The notes below the pieces were generated by a model that was given only the letters and a program-made list of their open reading frames with translations, did no database searches and had not been told where the DNA came from. This document shows, one piece after another, positions 33,229 through 42,116 of a stretch of DNA of 64,000 nucleotides; positions within the stretch are counted from its first letter, which is position 1; each line of letters begins with the position of its first letter. This DNA comes from Longimicrobiales bacterium (GTDB lineage Bacteria > Gemmatimonadota > Gemmatimonadetes > Longimicrobiales > Gaopeijiaceae), in contig OZ242008.1 in NCBI GenBank assembly GCA_965204735.1, positions 1,024,001 through 1,088,000 of the forward strand. The letters run 5' to 3'. A program made the translations under genes and the position numbers.

Positions 33229-35988
33229 TCAGCTCGCCGGCCGTCGCCGCTCTGCCGCGCCGTAGTGGATGCCGTTGAAGAGCAGGGTGAAGGTGCCGTG
33301 GGGCTGGGCCCGGAAGGTGACCTTGGGGCCGAAGAGGAAGAGCTTCCCGTCGCCGACGTCGGCCTCGACCATGCTCGTGCCGCCTTCCAGGCGCTCCTGC
33401 CCCCAGGCCCATCCGCTCACCAGCGGCGTCGGCGAGTCGTACCACGCCAGGCGGCGAACCCCTTCGGCGCCCTCGCCGATGCGGAAGACCGGGCTGTGGC
33501 TGTGGAGGACGTGGACCCGCTCGCCCAAGCCGTGGGTGACCGGGCTGCCGTGCTCGACCTGGATGTCGTGGATCGACCCGGGAGTGAAGTAGTCGTCGCG
33601 GCTCAAGGGGCGCCCCTCTTCGTCCACCAGGTAGTTCTCCAGCGGCAGGCCCAGCTCGGCGCCCAGAGCGGTGGACGTGCCGACCGCGATCACCGCGCCG
33701 CCGTTCTCCATGAACTCGCGGAGCGCCGGGACGCTCGCCTCCGCCGACAGCGCCCCCAGCCGCGCCCGCAGGGAGTCGGGGAGCGTGGCCGCGAACTCCC
33801 CGCCGGCGCCGCCGCGGCCCCCTCCGAAGCCGCCGCCCCGGCCGGCCTGCATCGCCCCGTCGGGCAGCACGATCACGTCGAAACGGTCGCGCAGCCCGCC
33901 CGCGTCGATCTCGGGCGGGTAGACCACCTCGAAGTCGAACTCGAAGCTCTCCAGCACCAAGCGGGTCCACCCCGACGGCATCGAACCTCCGTACCGATCC
34001 CACAGGCCGACCCGAGCGCTGGACAGCTCCAGCGCGGCCCCCGTCGGCGCCTCCGCCACCCCGTGGAACGCGACGCCGCTCTCCTCCGCCCATGTCTCCA
34101 GCGTCTTCCGGTCCACGGCGTCGGCGGGGAAGTAGAACGCTCCGGCGGGGAACGACGCACCGTCCGAGCCCGACGCGCCAGGCGCCTCCTGGGCGTCCTC
34201 CAGCCACAGCGCCCGCCCGCCCGCCGCCAGCACGCGGTTGACGGCCACGAAGGCGTCGTTCACGTGGTCGGCCAACCAACCGGCGGGCGACTCGGGGCCG
34301 GTCACGGCGGCGGCCACGGTCTCGGCCGTCCAGGCAATCGGCTCGAAGGGGCCGTCGAAGCCGTCCAGCACCCGGTCGAACTCGACGCCCATCTGGAGGG
34401 CCAGCGTCCACCCGGCGTTGTCGTAGGGAGCGATCGGCGGCCCGCCCGGGTACTGGAAGTCGTTGGGGTGGTTCTGCGGCTCGAACATGTCGATCACGTG
34501 GGGCCGAAACGCCTGCGCCGTCTTCACCACGTAGGAGCCCGCCGGGTAGCTCGTGCCGCCGGCCTCGAACGCCGCCGAGGCCCGGTGGACCGTCACGCCG
34601 TTCTTGAGGAGCACGTTGACGAACTTGGTGGCGGTGGGAAAGTCCCACTGGTCCGACGGCAGGACGTAGCCCCGAGCGTCCCGCTTCGCCGGGTCCCGCA
34701 GGTAGGAGTCGTAGTCGTCCATGGAGCCCCTGGGGCCCAGCGCGTCGGTCGCCTCGTCGATCCACTTTGGCAGGACCGTCCACGAGTCGCGGCTGCCCCG
34801 CTCGATGGAGTTGGTCCCCATGCGCCAGATGTTGTACAGCAGGTGCTCCCGGTTGCGGGCGGCGTAGTCCAGCACGGCCCGGTTGGCGGTCTGGGAGTAG
34901 TCCACCGACTGGCGGAAGCGCCAGACGCCGGGCTCCACCGGCAGCGGCAGGTCGCCGTGGGTGATCTGGCGGGCGGGCAGGAAGGGGATCTCGATCGGCG
35001 TCGGGTGGCCGATCGTCTCGGTCAAGAGGCCGATCATGTTGTGGAAGTACGGGGTCGTGCGCAGGCCGCCGTTCCACCACGTGGAGTAGCTGGCGCCCCG
35101 GCGCATCGTCGTGCCCCCCTTGCCCTCGGCGACCATCCGGTGGTGCATCGCCGAGCCCACTTGGTCCAGGCTGGTGAGGATCAGCGGGTCCAGGTTGTGG
35201 TTCGGCGGGTCGCGGAACGGCGGCGCGAACATGACCGTGCCCTGCGGCCCCGTCTGGTGGTGGTTGTACACGATCTGCGGGAACCACTCCCGGTACACCA
35301 CGCGGTTCATGTTCTCGGTCTCGGCCAGCGCCGACATGTAGAAGTCCCGGTTGTTGTCGTGTCCCGCGTACTTCTGGTACAGGACCGGCACGCCCCGGGT
35401 GGAGCGCTCCATGGGGTCGTCGTGGCGCATGTACCAGTCGGCCACCAAGTCGTGGCCGTCCGGGTTGGCGTGGGCCGCCAGCAGAATCACTTCGTCCAGG
35501 AAGCGCAGCGTCTCGGCGTCGTCGCGGCTTGTCATCTGCCACACCAGCTCCATCAGCTGCTGGGCGCCCAGGATCTCGGTCGCGTGCAGTCCGCCGTCGA
35601 TCCAGACGACCGCCTTCCCCTCCGCCGCCATCGTCCGCGCTTCCTCTTCGGTCACGTCCTCGGCCAGCGCGAGCCGCCGCGCGATCTCCTTGTAGCGGTC
35701 CAGGTGGGGCCGGTTGGCGGGAGACGTGATCGTGGCCATCCACTGCTCCCGCCCCTCGGAAGTCCTCCCGATCGACTCCACCGTCATGCGGTCGGACTGC
35801 TCCGCCAGCAGGCGCCAGTACTCGGTCAGGCCCTCGTAGTTCACCAGCACGTAGTCCGCGCCCAGGGCGTGGCCGAACTGCTCTTCGGGGGACGTGAGCT
35901 GGGCTGCGGCGGGGCCGGCGGCCGGAACGAGGCCGGCGGCCGCTCCAAGGAAGGCCCATGCGAAGGCGGAACGGCGGGAACGTGTCAT
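33229..35988 (-). CDS. Secreted M14 zinc carboxypeptidase-family protein
   Basis: Signal peptide, GLHATE, NPDG, DNNRD, YNHHQ and a C-terminal GATase-like domain. Confidence 0.88.
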   Translation of the reverse strand: MTRSRRSAFAWAFLGAAAGLVPAAGPAAAQLTSPEEQFGHALGADYVLVNYEGLTEYWRLLAEQSDRMTVESIGRTSEGREQWMATITSPANRPHLDRYKEIARRLALAEDVTEEEARTMAAEGKAVVWIDGGLHATEILGAQQLMELVWQMTSRDDAETLRFLDEVILLAAHANPDGHDLVADWYMRHDDPMERSTRGVPVLYQKYAGHDNNRDFYMSALAETENMNRVVYREWFPQIVYNHHQTGPQGTVMFAPPFRDPPNHNLDPLILTSLDQVGSAMHHRMVAEGKGGTTMRRGASYSTWWNGGLRTTPYFHNMIGLLTETIGHPTPIEIPFLPARQITHGDLPLPVEPGVWRFRQSVDYSQTANRAVLDYAARNREHLLYNIWRMGTNSIERGSRDSWTVLPKWIDEATDALGPRGSMDDYDSYLRDPAKRDARGYVLPSDQWDFPTATKFVNVLLKNGVTVHRASAAFEAGGTSYPAGSYVVKTAQAFRPHVIDMFEPQNHPNDFQYPGGPPIAPYDNAGWTLALQMGVEFDRVLDGFDGPFEPIAWTAETVAAAVTGPESPAGWLADHVNDAFVAVNRVLAAGGRALWLEDAQEAPGASGSDGASFPAGAFYFPADAVDRKTLETWAEESGVAFHGVAEAPTGAALELSSARVGLWDRYGGSMPSGWTRLVLESFEFDFEVVYPPEIDAGGLRDRFDVIVLPDGAMQAGRGGGFGGGRGGAGGEFAATLPDSLRARLGALSAEASVPALREFMENGGAVIAVGTSTALGAELGLPLENYLVDEEGRPLSRDDYFTPGSIHDIQVEHGSPVTHGLGERVHVLHSHSPVFRIGEGAEGVRRLAWYDSPTPLVSGWAWGQERLEGGTSMVEADVGDGKLFLFGPKVTFRAQPHGTFTLLFNGIHYGAAERRRPAS

Positions 35989-36476
35989 CTGGCGATCTCT
36001 TGTCGGTCGGGAGTGGGGGAAGCCGTGGGTCGTGCAAGCGTCGTCGGGGCGCTCCGGAGCGCTGCCTCCAGCGCGTCGAAGGGCAAGATGGCGCAACGTA
36101 CCCGGCTGGGGAAGCGGCCGACGCCGGCGAGGGCTCGGAGGTCGCCCAGCGACTTGGGCAGCGGCGCCCCTTCGGGCGAGAGTCCGTCGACGAACGCCTG
36201 CCGGAGGTCGGCCAGGGACGCCGTGGAGACGCCGTGGACCGCGACCGTCAGCATCGAGGCGGCGGCCTGGGAGATCGAGCAGCCGCGCCCGTCGAAGGTG
36301 ACTTCGTCGAAGGCGCCGTCCTCGACACGGGCCCAGATGCGGACCGTGTCGCCGCAGAAGGGGTTGTGGGCCTTGCCGGAGATGGCGTCGCCGCCGAGGG
36401 CGCCCCGGTTGCGAGGACGCCGGAAGTGATCTCGGATCAGGGCTTGGTGGAGTTCGCCAGTGCGACTGCCTGCCAA
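35985..36476 (-). CDS. sufU: SufU/IscU-family Fe-S scaffold (NifU N-terminal domain)
   Basis: PRNRG, NPFCGD, GCSISQAAAS and RVRCAILP. Confidence 0.88.
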   Translation of the reverse strand: MAGSRTGELHQALIRDHFRRPRNRGALGGDAISGKAHNPFCGDTVRIWARVEDGAFDEVTFDGRGCSISQAAASMLTVAVHGVSTASLADLRQAFVDGLSPEGAPLPKSLGDLRALAGVGRFPSRVRCAILPFDALEAALRSAPTTLARPTASPTPDRQEIAR

Positions 36477-36514
36477 GGTTGCGCGCCTTCCGCGGAAGAT
36501 TCACTGTCGGGTCC

Positions 36515-37699
36515 ATGGACCAGCCCAGCCTGTACAGGAACGCCGACCCGGCGCTTGCGCAAGCCGTCCGTTGGGCCGACGCGGGACGACGGGTGGCCCT
36601 GGCGACCGTCGTCCGCACCTGGGGATCGGCGCCTAGGCGCGCCGGAGCCCACATGGCCGTGACGGACAGCGGGGAGTTCGCCGGGTCCGTGTCCGGCGGA
36701 TGCATCGAGGGCGCGGTGGTCCAGGCCGCGATGGAGGTGATCGACTCGGGCGCGCCCCGGTCGCTGGAGTTCGGGGTCGCCAACGAGGTGGCGTGGGAGG
36801 TCGGGCTGGCGTGCGGGGGCAAGGTCCAGCTTCTGGTCGAGCGCGCGTCGTCGGGGCGAACTGCCGAGCGCTTCCGCGCGGAGGCGGGCGGGAGGTCCGT
36901 GGCGACCGGCGAGCGCGCAGCGGACGACGAGCCCGTCGAGCTCCTCCGCTGGGTGGTGCGCGCGCAGCGAGATCGGAAGGACATCGTGCTGGCGACGCGG
37001 CTGTCCGACGGCGCCAAGCGCCTGCTGGACGGGGTCGGGCGCCCCTTCGCCGGAGGTCGCCGGCGTCGGCCGCAGTGGAGCTGGCCTCCCATCGAAGGGA
37101 TACTGGCGCCGGGGGCCGCTGCGGGGGCGGCTTCTCTGGGAGTGGGCGGCGACATGGTGGAACGGGTCGTCCGGTCCGGGGAGCCGCTGACCGTGGATGC
37201 GCCCGCCGGCCCCGTCTTCCTGCGTCCCTACGTCCGACCTCCCCGCCTCGTGATCGTCGGCGCGGTCCACATCGCCCAGGCGCTGGCCCCCATGGCGACG
37301 GCGACCGGTTTCCGAACAACGGTGGTCGACCCCCGCGAAGGCTTCGCCGCAAACGACCGGTTCCCCGGCTCGACGGTGGTGCGGGATTGGCCCGACCAAG
37401 CCCTGAAGCGCATGAGACTCGACCACCGCTCCGCCGTGGCCGCCCTCACCCACGACCCCAAGATCGACGACCCCGCGCTGCTCGCGGCCCTGGCCGGCGA
37501 CGCCTTCTACGTCGGCGCTCTGGGAAGCCGCAAGACGCAGGCGGCGCGCAGGAAGCGCTTGGCCGCGACAGGCTGCACGCCGGAGGCGCTGGACCGGATT
37601 CGGGGCCCCATCGGGCTGCCGATCGGTGCCGCCACGCCGGAAGAGATCGCGCTGGCCACGCTGGCGGAGGTGGTCGCGGCCCTGCGGCTGGGGAGCTAG
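36515..37699 (+). CDS. xdhC: XdhC/CoxI family molybdoenzyme maturation factor
   Basis: TWGSAPR, GSVSGGCIE, GLACGG, THDPKIDD, YVGALGSR and GPIGL. Confidence 0.92.
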   Translation: MDQPSLYRNADPALAQAVRWADAGRRVALATVVRTWGSAPRRAGAHMAVTDSGEFAGSVSGGCIEGAVVQAAMEVIDSGAPRSLEFGVANEVAWEVGLACGGKVQLLVERASSGRTAERFRAEAGGRSVATGERAADDEPVELLRWVVRAQRDRKDIVLATRLSDGAKRLLDGVGRPFAGGRRRRPQWSWPPIEGILAPGAAAGAASLGVGGDMVERVVRSGEPLTVDAPAGPVFLRPYVRPPRLVIVGAVHIAQALAPMATATGFRTTVVDPREGFAANDRFPGSTVVRDWPDQALKRMRLDHRSAVAALTHDPKIDDPALLAALAGDAFYVGALGSRKTQAARRKRLAATGCTPEALDRIRGPIGLPIGAATPEEIALATLAEVVAALRLGS

Positions 37700-37745
37700 G
37701 CCAAGCTAAGAGGCTAGGGGGGAGGCGGCGCCCTACAAAGCAGCC

Positions 37746-40676
37746 TTAGCCCGCAACCGGCTTGCCCGCTCGCACGCTGGGTTCGGCGCACCACTTCCTT
37801 CGCAACACCTCCAGCGGCCCTTCCAGCGCCTCCCAGTCGAGCCCCAGCACGTCGCGCAGCACCCGGGCGTCCAACTCCTTGCGCACCGCGTCCCGCTCTG
37901 CCAGATACGCCGGCCGCAACTCGCGGTGCTTCATCTCCGCGAACACGGCCTCGGCGACGTCGAGCTGCTTCGGCGCCAAGGAAGTCACGTCGAGAAACGG
38001 CATCCGATCGATCGCCGTGACGGGCATCAGGCCCCGGCCGATCTGCTGCTTGCTCGCATGACACCAGTACTGGACCAGTCCCAAGGTCGTGTTGCCCCAC
38101 AGGCAGTAGGCCTTCTCGTGAGCTTGGCTCGGGAGCTGCACGTTCGGCCATCCCCGTCCGCCGATCGTGCGCCCAACCGTGAACGCCGCCCCCAGGGACT
38201 GCGAAGTGAAGCTGAAGTCCCGGGTGTGGTGAACCCAGCTTCGCGCCGCCCAGATGTCGCGCGCCTTGGCGTCCCGGCCCTCGCGCACAAGTCCGTGCAC
38301 GTCCGCCTCGACCACCATCTTCCGCTGAACGGCGCTGCGGTTGCGCCACAGCATCGGGTAGGCCGGCTCGCCGGAGATCGGATGGCGGTCGAACGGAGCC
38401 GACCTGTTGTTGGCGATGTTGTTGTCGGCCCATCCGACTATGGCGAACTCGCCGACCGGCCTTACGGGGACCGAAGGCGCCTGCTCGGGATCCGCTGTGG
38501 GCAACCACAACGAGCCCTGGGCGAGCTGCCATCCGGTCTGCACCACCATGGCGTCCAGCACCGGACAACACCACCAGGGGTTCGGGCCCAACGGGGCGCC
38601 GACCGCCCCGCCGACGACTTCTCCTCCAACGGCGAGCACGGTCCCTCCCACAGGTCCGTCCTCGACCCGGCGCAGGCGTTGCGGACCGGAAAGGACCCGC
38701 CTGATCGCCCTGGCCACCTCCGTCGCTTCCATGGCGTTGGCCGGCCGTCGTCGCAGCGTGACGAAGGCGCCGCGGCCGCCTCTGCGACCCCCCGGGGCCC
38801 GCTTCCGCGCGACGATCAGCGCTTCCGCCATCTTGGTGTCCGCCGACCACGATTGGTCGATCGGCCGGGGGCCCGCCAAGCTTATCACAGTCACGTCCTG
38901 GTAGTCCACGGTGAAGAGCGCCCGCGCGCGCGCCCAGCTCATCCCCGAAATCGCCGTCAACGGCAACACGAACGCCACCGTGCCTCCGGCTCTGCACATC
39001 TTGTCGGCAACCGCCACGAACGCCGAAGCGATGCCGGCCGATCCGTGATAGCAGAAGGTGCGCCGGCCGAGTTCCTTCATCCGATCGTCCATCTTCTTCT
39101 GGACCTGCTTGCTCGTCCCCAGCCCCCGGTACTGCTTCCAACTGCCCTCGGCGCCCGCCTCCCAGTCGGACATGGCTCGAGTGAAGGGCGGGTTCATGAT
39201 CACCAAGTCCTGGCTCTCCGGCCGCGTTTCGACTGCGAACTCGCCCGTCCTGCCCGACTTGGCCGCGACGGCTTCGGGGGCGCTCATGGGAAAGAGCGAG
39301 GGCAGGGCGGCGCTGTCGCTCAGCAGGTCGAGCGACCCGACGGCCGTGCTCCTGTCGAGACGCTCCCCGTACTCCGCGATGAGAACCCGCGCCTTGTCGT
39401 AAAGGACGTTGGGGTGGACGGACGAAAGCATGGCCGCCGTCAGGTGAGCCGCCGACGGCACGATGTCGCACGCCGTGAGCGCCTCCTCGATCATCGTCTT
39501 GTGAAGGCGCGCGGGGTCGCCGCCGGCGAGTTCGTGCAGCTGGTTGAGACGATGGTACGCCGCGTGAATCAGCGTTCCCGTGCCGCAAGCGTAGTCGGCC
39601 GCGCGAAACGTCGTCATCCGCTCCGCGCTCCCCCACTCGCCTTCCGGCACGGCCAAGTGGGCCAGCAAGGCGGCGGACTCGGGACGGGTGTAGAACGACG
39701 CCAAGTACTTGCGGTCGCCGATGAAGCGCTGAAAGACGATGCCCGCCAGGTCGTGGGAGCGCGCCACGCCCAGCTCCACCAGCGCCGCGGCCGTGACTGC
39801 CGCCGCCCGGAGCGCGTCGTTGGCGTCCTTCGGGGGCGTGACGCCTGCCAGCAGTTCGCGCGCCAAGTGAAAGATCGACCAGTAGTTGATCTGCAGAATC
39901 CTGTCCCATTCGGCCAGGACGCCGGCTTGGCTCAAGTCGCGAGCGCCCTGCATCTGGGCAAGGCTGCGCACTCCTCGATTTCCTGCCAAGCCCTCCTGGA
40001 AGACCATCGCGTTCACGAGGACCGTGGCGGCGATCCCCAGCATCTGGTCCAACTTCGACTCGTCGTAGTCTTGGCGAAGGGCCGCCGCGATCCGCGCTTT
40101 CCAGTCCTCGCTTCTCGACGCCGCGCCGCGCAGCCGCCCGACGAGCTCGGCGACGCCGCGCTCGAGCACGTCGGTGGCGTCTCGGAGCGCGTCGGCGGAC
40201 ACTCCGGCGTGATCCACGAACACCGCCAAGTCGGCCACCGTGCCCGAGATGAAGCCCGAAGCTGGGAAGCGGCTGCACCCGTCGGCGGAGCGGCCGGCGA
40301 GGAGCGCGTACTCCAAGTGCGTTTCCGGTTTACGAAGGGCGCCGGCCACTTCCCCGGGCGTGTTGCATTGATCGAGGCCGAGACGAGGTGTCCGCAACGC
40401 GATCGACGACCGAACCGCTCCAGCGTGCTCGATCGCCGTCGAGTCCAAAACCTCGCCCAGGCGGGAACGCGCTTCGGCTTCCACTTGGCGTGCGGGCCGC
40501 CACTCGTTCTCGATCACCACGGGCTGCCTGCCGAAGCTCGTGACGACGATGTCGGGACACCGCTGATTGCCGACAAAGCACGGCTGCTCCGCGTACACCC
40601 GCCAGCGCGGGTTCATGCTCTGCAGCAAGTCCGCGAAGCTGCCGTTGACCAACTGCTCGGAGATGCGGGGGTTCAT
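37746..40676 (-). CDS. Type IIG-like fused restriction-modification enzyme / N6-adenine methyltransferase
   Basis: N-terminal PD...ENE, FYTRP, DYACGTG, MNPPF (gamma order) and a C-terminal TRD-like region. Confidence 0.8.
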   Translation of the reverse strand: MNPRISEQLVNGSFADLLQSMNPRWRVYAEQPCFVGNQRCPDIVVTSFGRQPVVIENEWRPARQVEAEARSRLGEVLDSTAIEHAGAVRSSIALRTPRLGLDQCNTPGEVAGALRKPETHLEYALLAGRSADGCSRFPASGFISGTVADLAVFVDHAGVSADALRDATDVLERGVAELVGRLRGAASRSEDWKARIAAALRQDYDESKLDQMLGIAATVLVNAMVFQEGLAGNRGVRSLAQMQGARDLSQAGVLAEWDRILQINYWSIFHLARELLAGVTPPKDANDALRAAAVTAAALVELGVARSHDLAGIVFQRFIGDRKYLASFYTRPESAALLAHLAVPEGEWGSAERMTTFRAADYACGTGTLIHAAYHRLNQLHELAGGDPARLHKTMIEEALTACDIVPSAAHLTAAMLSSVHPNVLYDKARVLIAEYGERLDRSTAVGSLDLLSDSAALPSLFPMSAPEAVAAKSGRTGEFAVETRPESQDLVIMNPPFTRAMSDWEAGAEGSWKQYRGLGTSKQVQKKMDDRMKELGRRTFCYHGSAGIASAFVAVADKMCRAGGTVAFVLPLTAISGMSWARARALFTVDYQDVTVISLAGPRPIDQSWSADTKMAEALIVARKRAPGGRRGGRGAFVTLRRRPANAMEATEVARAIRRVLSGPQRLRRVEDGPVGGTVLAVGGEVVGGAVGAPLGPNPWWCCPVLDAMVVQTGWQLAQGSLWLPTADPEQAPSVPVRPVGEFAIVGWADNNIANNRSAPFDRHPISGEPAYPMLWRNRSAVQRKMVVEADVHGLVREGRDAKARDIWAARSWVHHTRDFSFTSQSLGAAFTVGRTIGGRGWPNVQLPSQAHEKAYCLWGNTTLGLVQYWCHASKQQIGRGLMPVTAIDRMPFLDVTSLAPKQLDVAEAVFAEMKHRELRPAYLAERDAVRKELDARVLRDVLGLDWEALEGPLEVLRRKWCAEPSVRAGKPVAG

Positions 40677-40865
40677 GGGTCCTAACCTACGACGCCCCAC
40701 AACCCCAGCGGTGGCGCGGCCGCCGTCCCAGGTCTACGTTTTGCCAACGGCGCGCCTCGGAACGACGCATCCCCCCGCAACGGTCCATGCATTGAAGCGA
40801 ATCCCCTGCAAGCCAGCAGGCCCTCCGAAGGGGCCTGCGCCGCCCGCGACCGCCGCGACGGCCCT

Positions 40866-42116
40866 GTGACGACGCCTGTCGCCCGCCGCAACGAGGCCCG
40901 CGCCGCCCCCGACGACGCCCGAGTCCCCTGCGACCAAGCCCGGCGCCCCGACCGCCGAACCGCCCTCAAGTCCGCGGTCGCCGGAGCCTTCGCCCTGGGC
41001 GCCTCCTTTCCGGCCCCGTTCGTCGCCTTGCGGCGCCACCGACTCTTCGGATGGTCCGCCCAGGAGTACTCCTCCCGCTGCATCGATCTGGCGACCGGGT
41101 CGCTGGTGATCGACATGCTGTTGCCCCTCGCGATCTCCAGATCGGTCCGGGAGCGCTGGGGCCCGGACCTGGAAGGCATGACGGCGCAGGAGGAGCAGGA
41201 CTTCCGAGACTCGGAGATCGACGTCTTCCACATCGCCGTCGGGATCGGCGGACGCGACTTCGACGACCACTTCCGCAGAGCGCTGGCGTTCGTGGCGCAG
41301 CACAACTCGATCGTCGCCCAGCGGCCCGACCTCTTCGCTCGGATCGACTCCGCCGCCGACCTGGCTTCGATCCACGGCTCCGGGCGCGTCGGCATCCTCA
41401 TCGGCACCCAGACCTCGTCCCACTTCCGCACCCCCGACGACGTGGACGCCTTCCACGGCCTGGGCCAGCGCGTCTCCCAGCTCACCTACAACTCCCGCAA
41501 CCTGATCGGCAACGGGGCGACGGAGCGGATCGACGGCGGCATCTCCGACTTCGGCGCGTCGATCGTCGAGCGCATGAACCAGGTCGGCATGGCGGTGGAC
41601 GTGTCCCACTGCGGCGACCGGACCACGCTGGACGCCTGCGAGCTGTCGTCGCGCCCGGTGCTCTTCACCCACTCCAACAGCCGCGTTCTTTCCGGCGGGC
41701 ACCCCCGAACGAAGACCGACGAGGCGATCCGGGCGATGGCCCAAACCGGCGGCGTCATGGGGATCACGGGCGTCCGAATGTTCGTGCGCGACCGGGAGCC
41801 GACCACGATCGAGCACTGCGTGGACCACTTCGACCACGTGCGGGAGTTGGTCGGGATCGAGCACCTGGGCATCGGCAGCGACACGGATCTGCACGGCTAC
41901 GACGACATGCCGCCGGACGAATACGCAGCGCTCAAGTCGGCGTACAAGGATTCCTACGCCTTCCGAGAGAAGCTGGACATCGAAGGCCTGGACCATCCCA
42001 AGCGCGTCTTCGACCTTGCGGAGGCGCTGATCCGCCGGGGCTGGACCGACGACCACGTTCGGGGAGTCCTCGGCGGCAACTTCCAACGAGTTCTGGGCGA
42101 GATATGGCAAGCGTGA
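40866..42116 (+). CDS. M19 membrane (renal-type) dipeptidase with probable Tat signal
   Basis: DRRTALK, QLTYN, VDVSH, THSN, GIGSD and LGGNF. Confidence 0.9.
   Translation: MTTPVARRNEARAAPDDARVPCDQARRPDRRTALKSAVAGAFALGASFPAPFVALRRHRLFGWSAQEYSSRCIDLATGSLVIDMLLPLAISRSVRERWGPDLEGMTAQEEQDFRDSEIDVFHIAVGIGGRDFDDHFRRALAFVAQHNSIVAQRPDLFARIDSAADLASIHGSGRVGILIGTQTSSHFRTPDDVDAFHGLGQRVSQLTYNSRNLIGNGATERIDGGISDFGASIVERMNQVGMAVDVSHCGDRTTLDACELSSRPVLFTHSNSRVLSGGHPRTKTDEAIRAMAQTGGVMGITGVRMFVRDREPTTIEHCVDHFDHVRELVGIEHLGIGSDTDLHGYDDMPPDEYAALKSAYKDSYAFREKLDIEGLDHPKRVFDLAEALIRRGWTDDHVRGVLGGNFQRVLGEIWQA

Noticed and set aside
31868..36037. 1389-aa ORF suggesting a giant methyltransferase fusion
   Set aside because: The upstream part is an off-frame reading of the M14 peptidase gene. 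The MTase begins at about 32995.
40815..40838. Hairpin GCAGGCCCTCCGAAGGGGCCTGC as a terminator
   Set aside because: It lies between divergent genes and has no U-tract, so its function cannot be supported.
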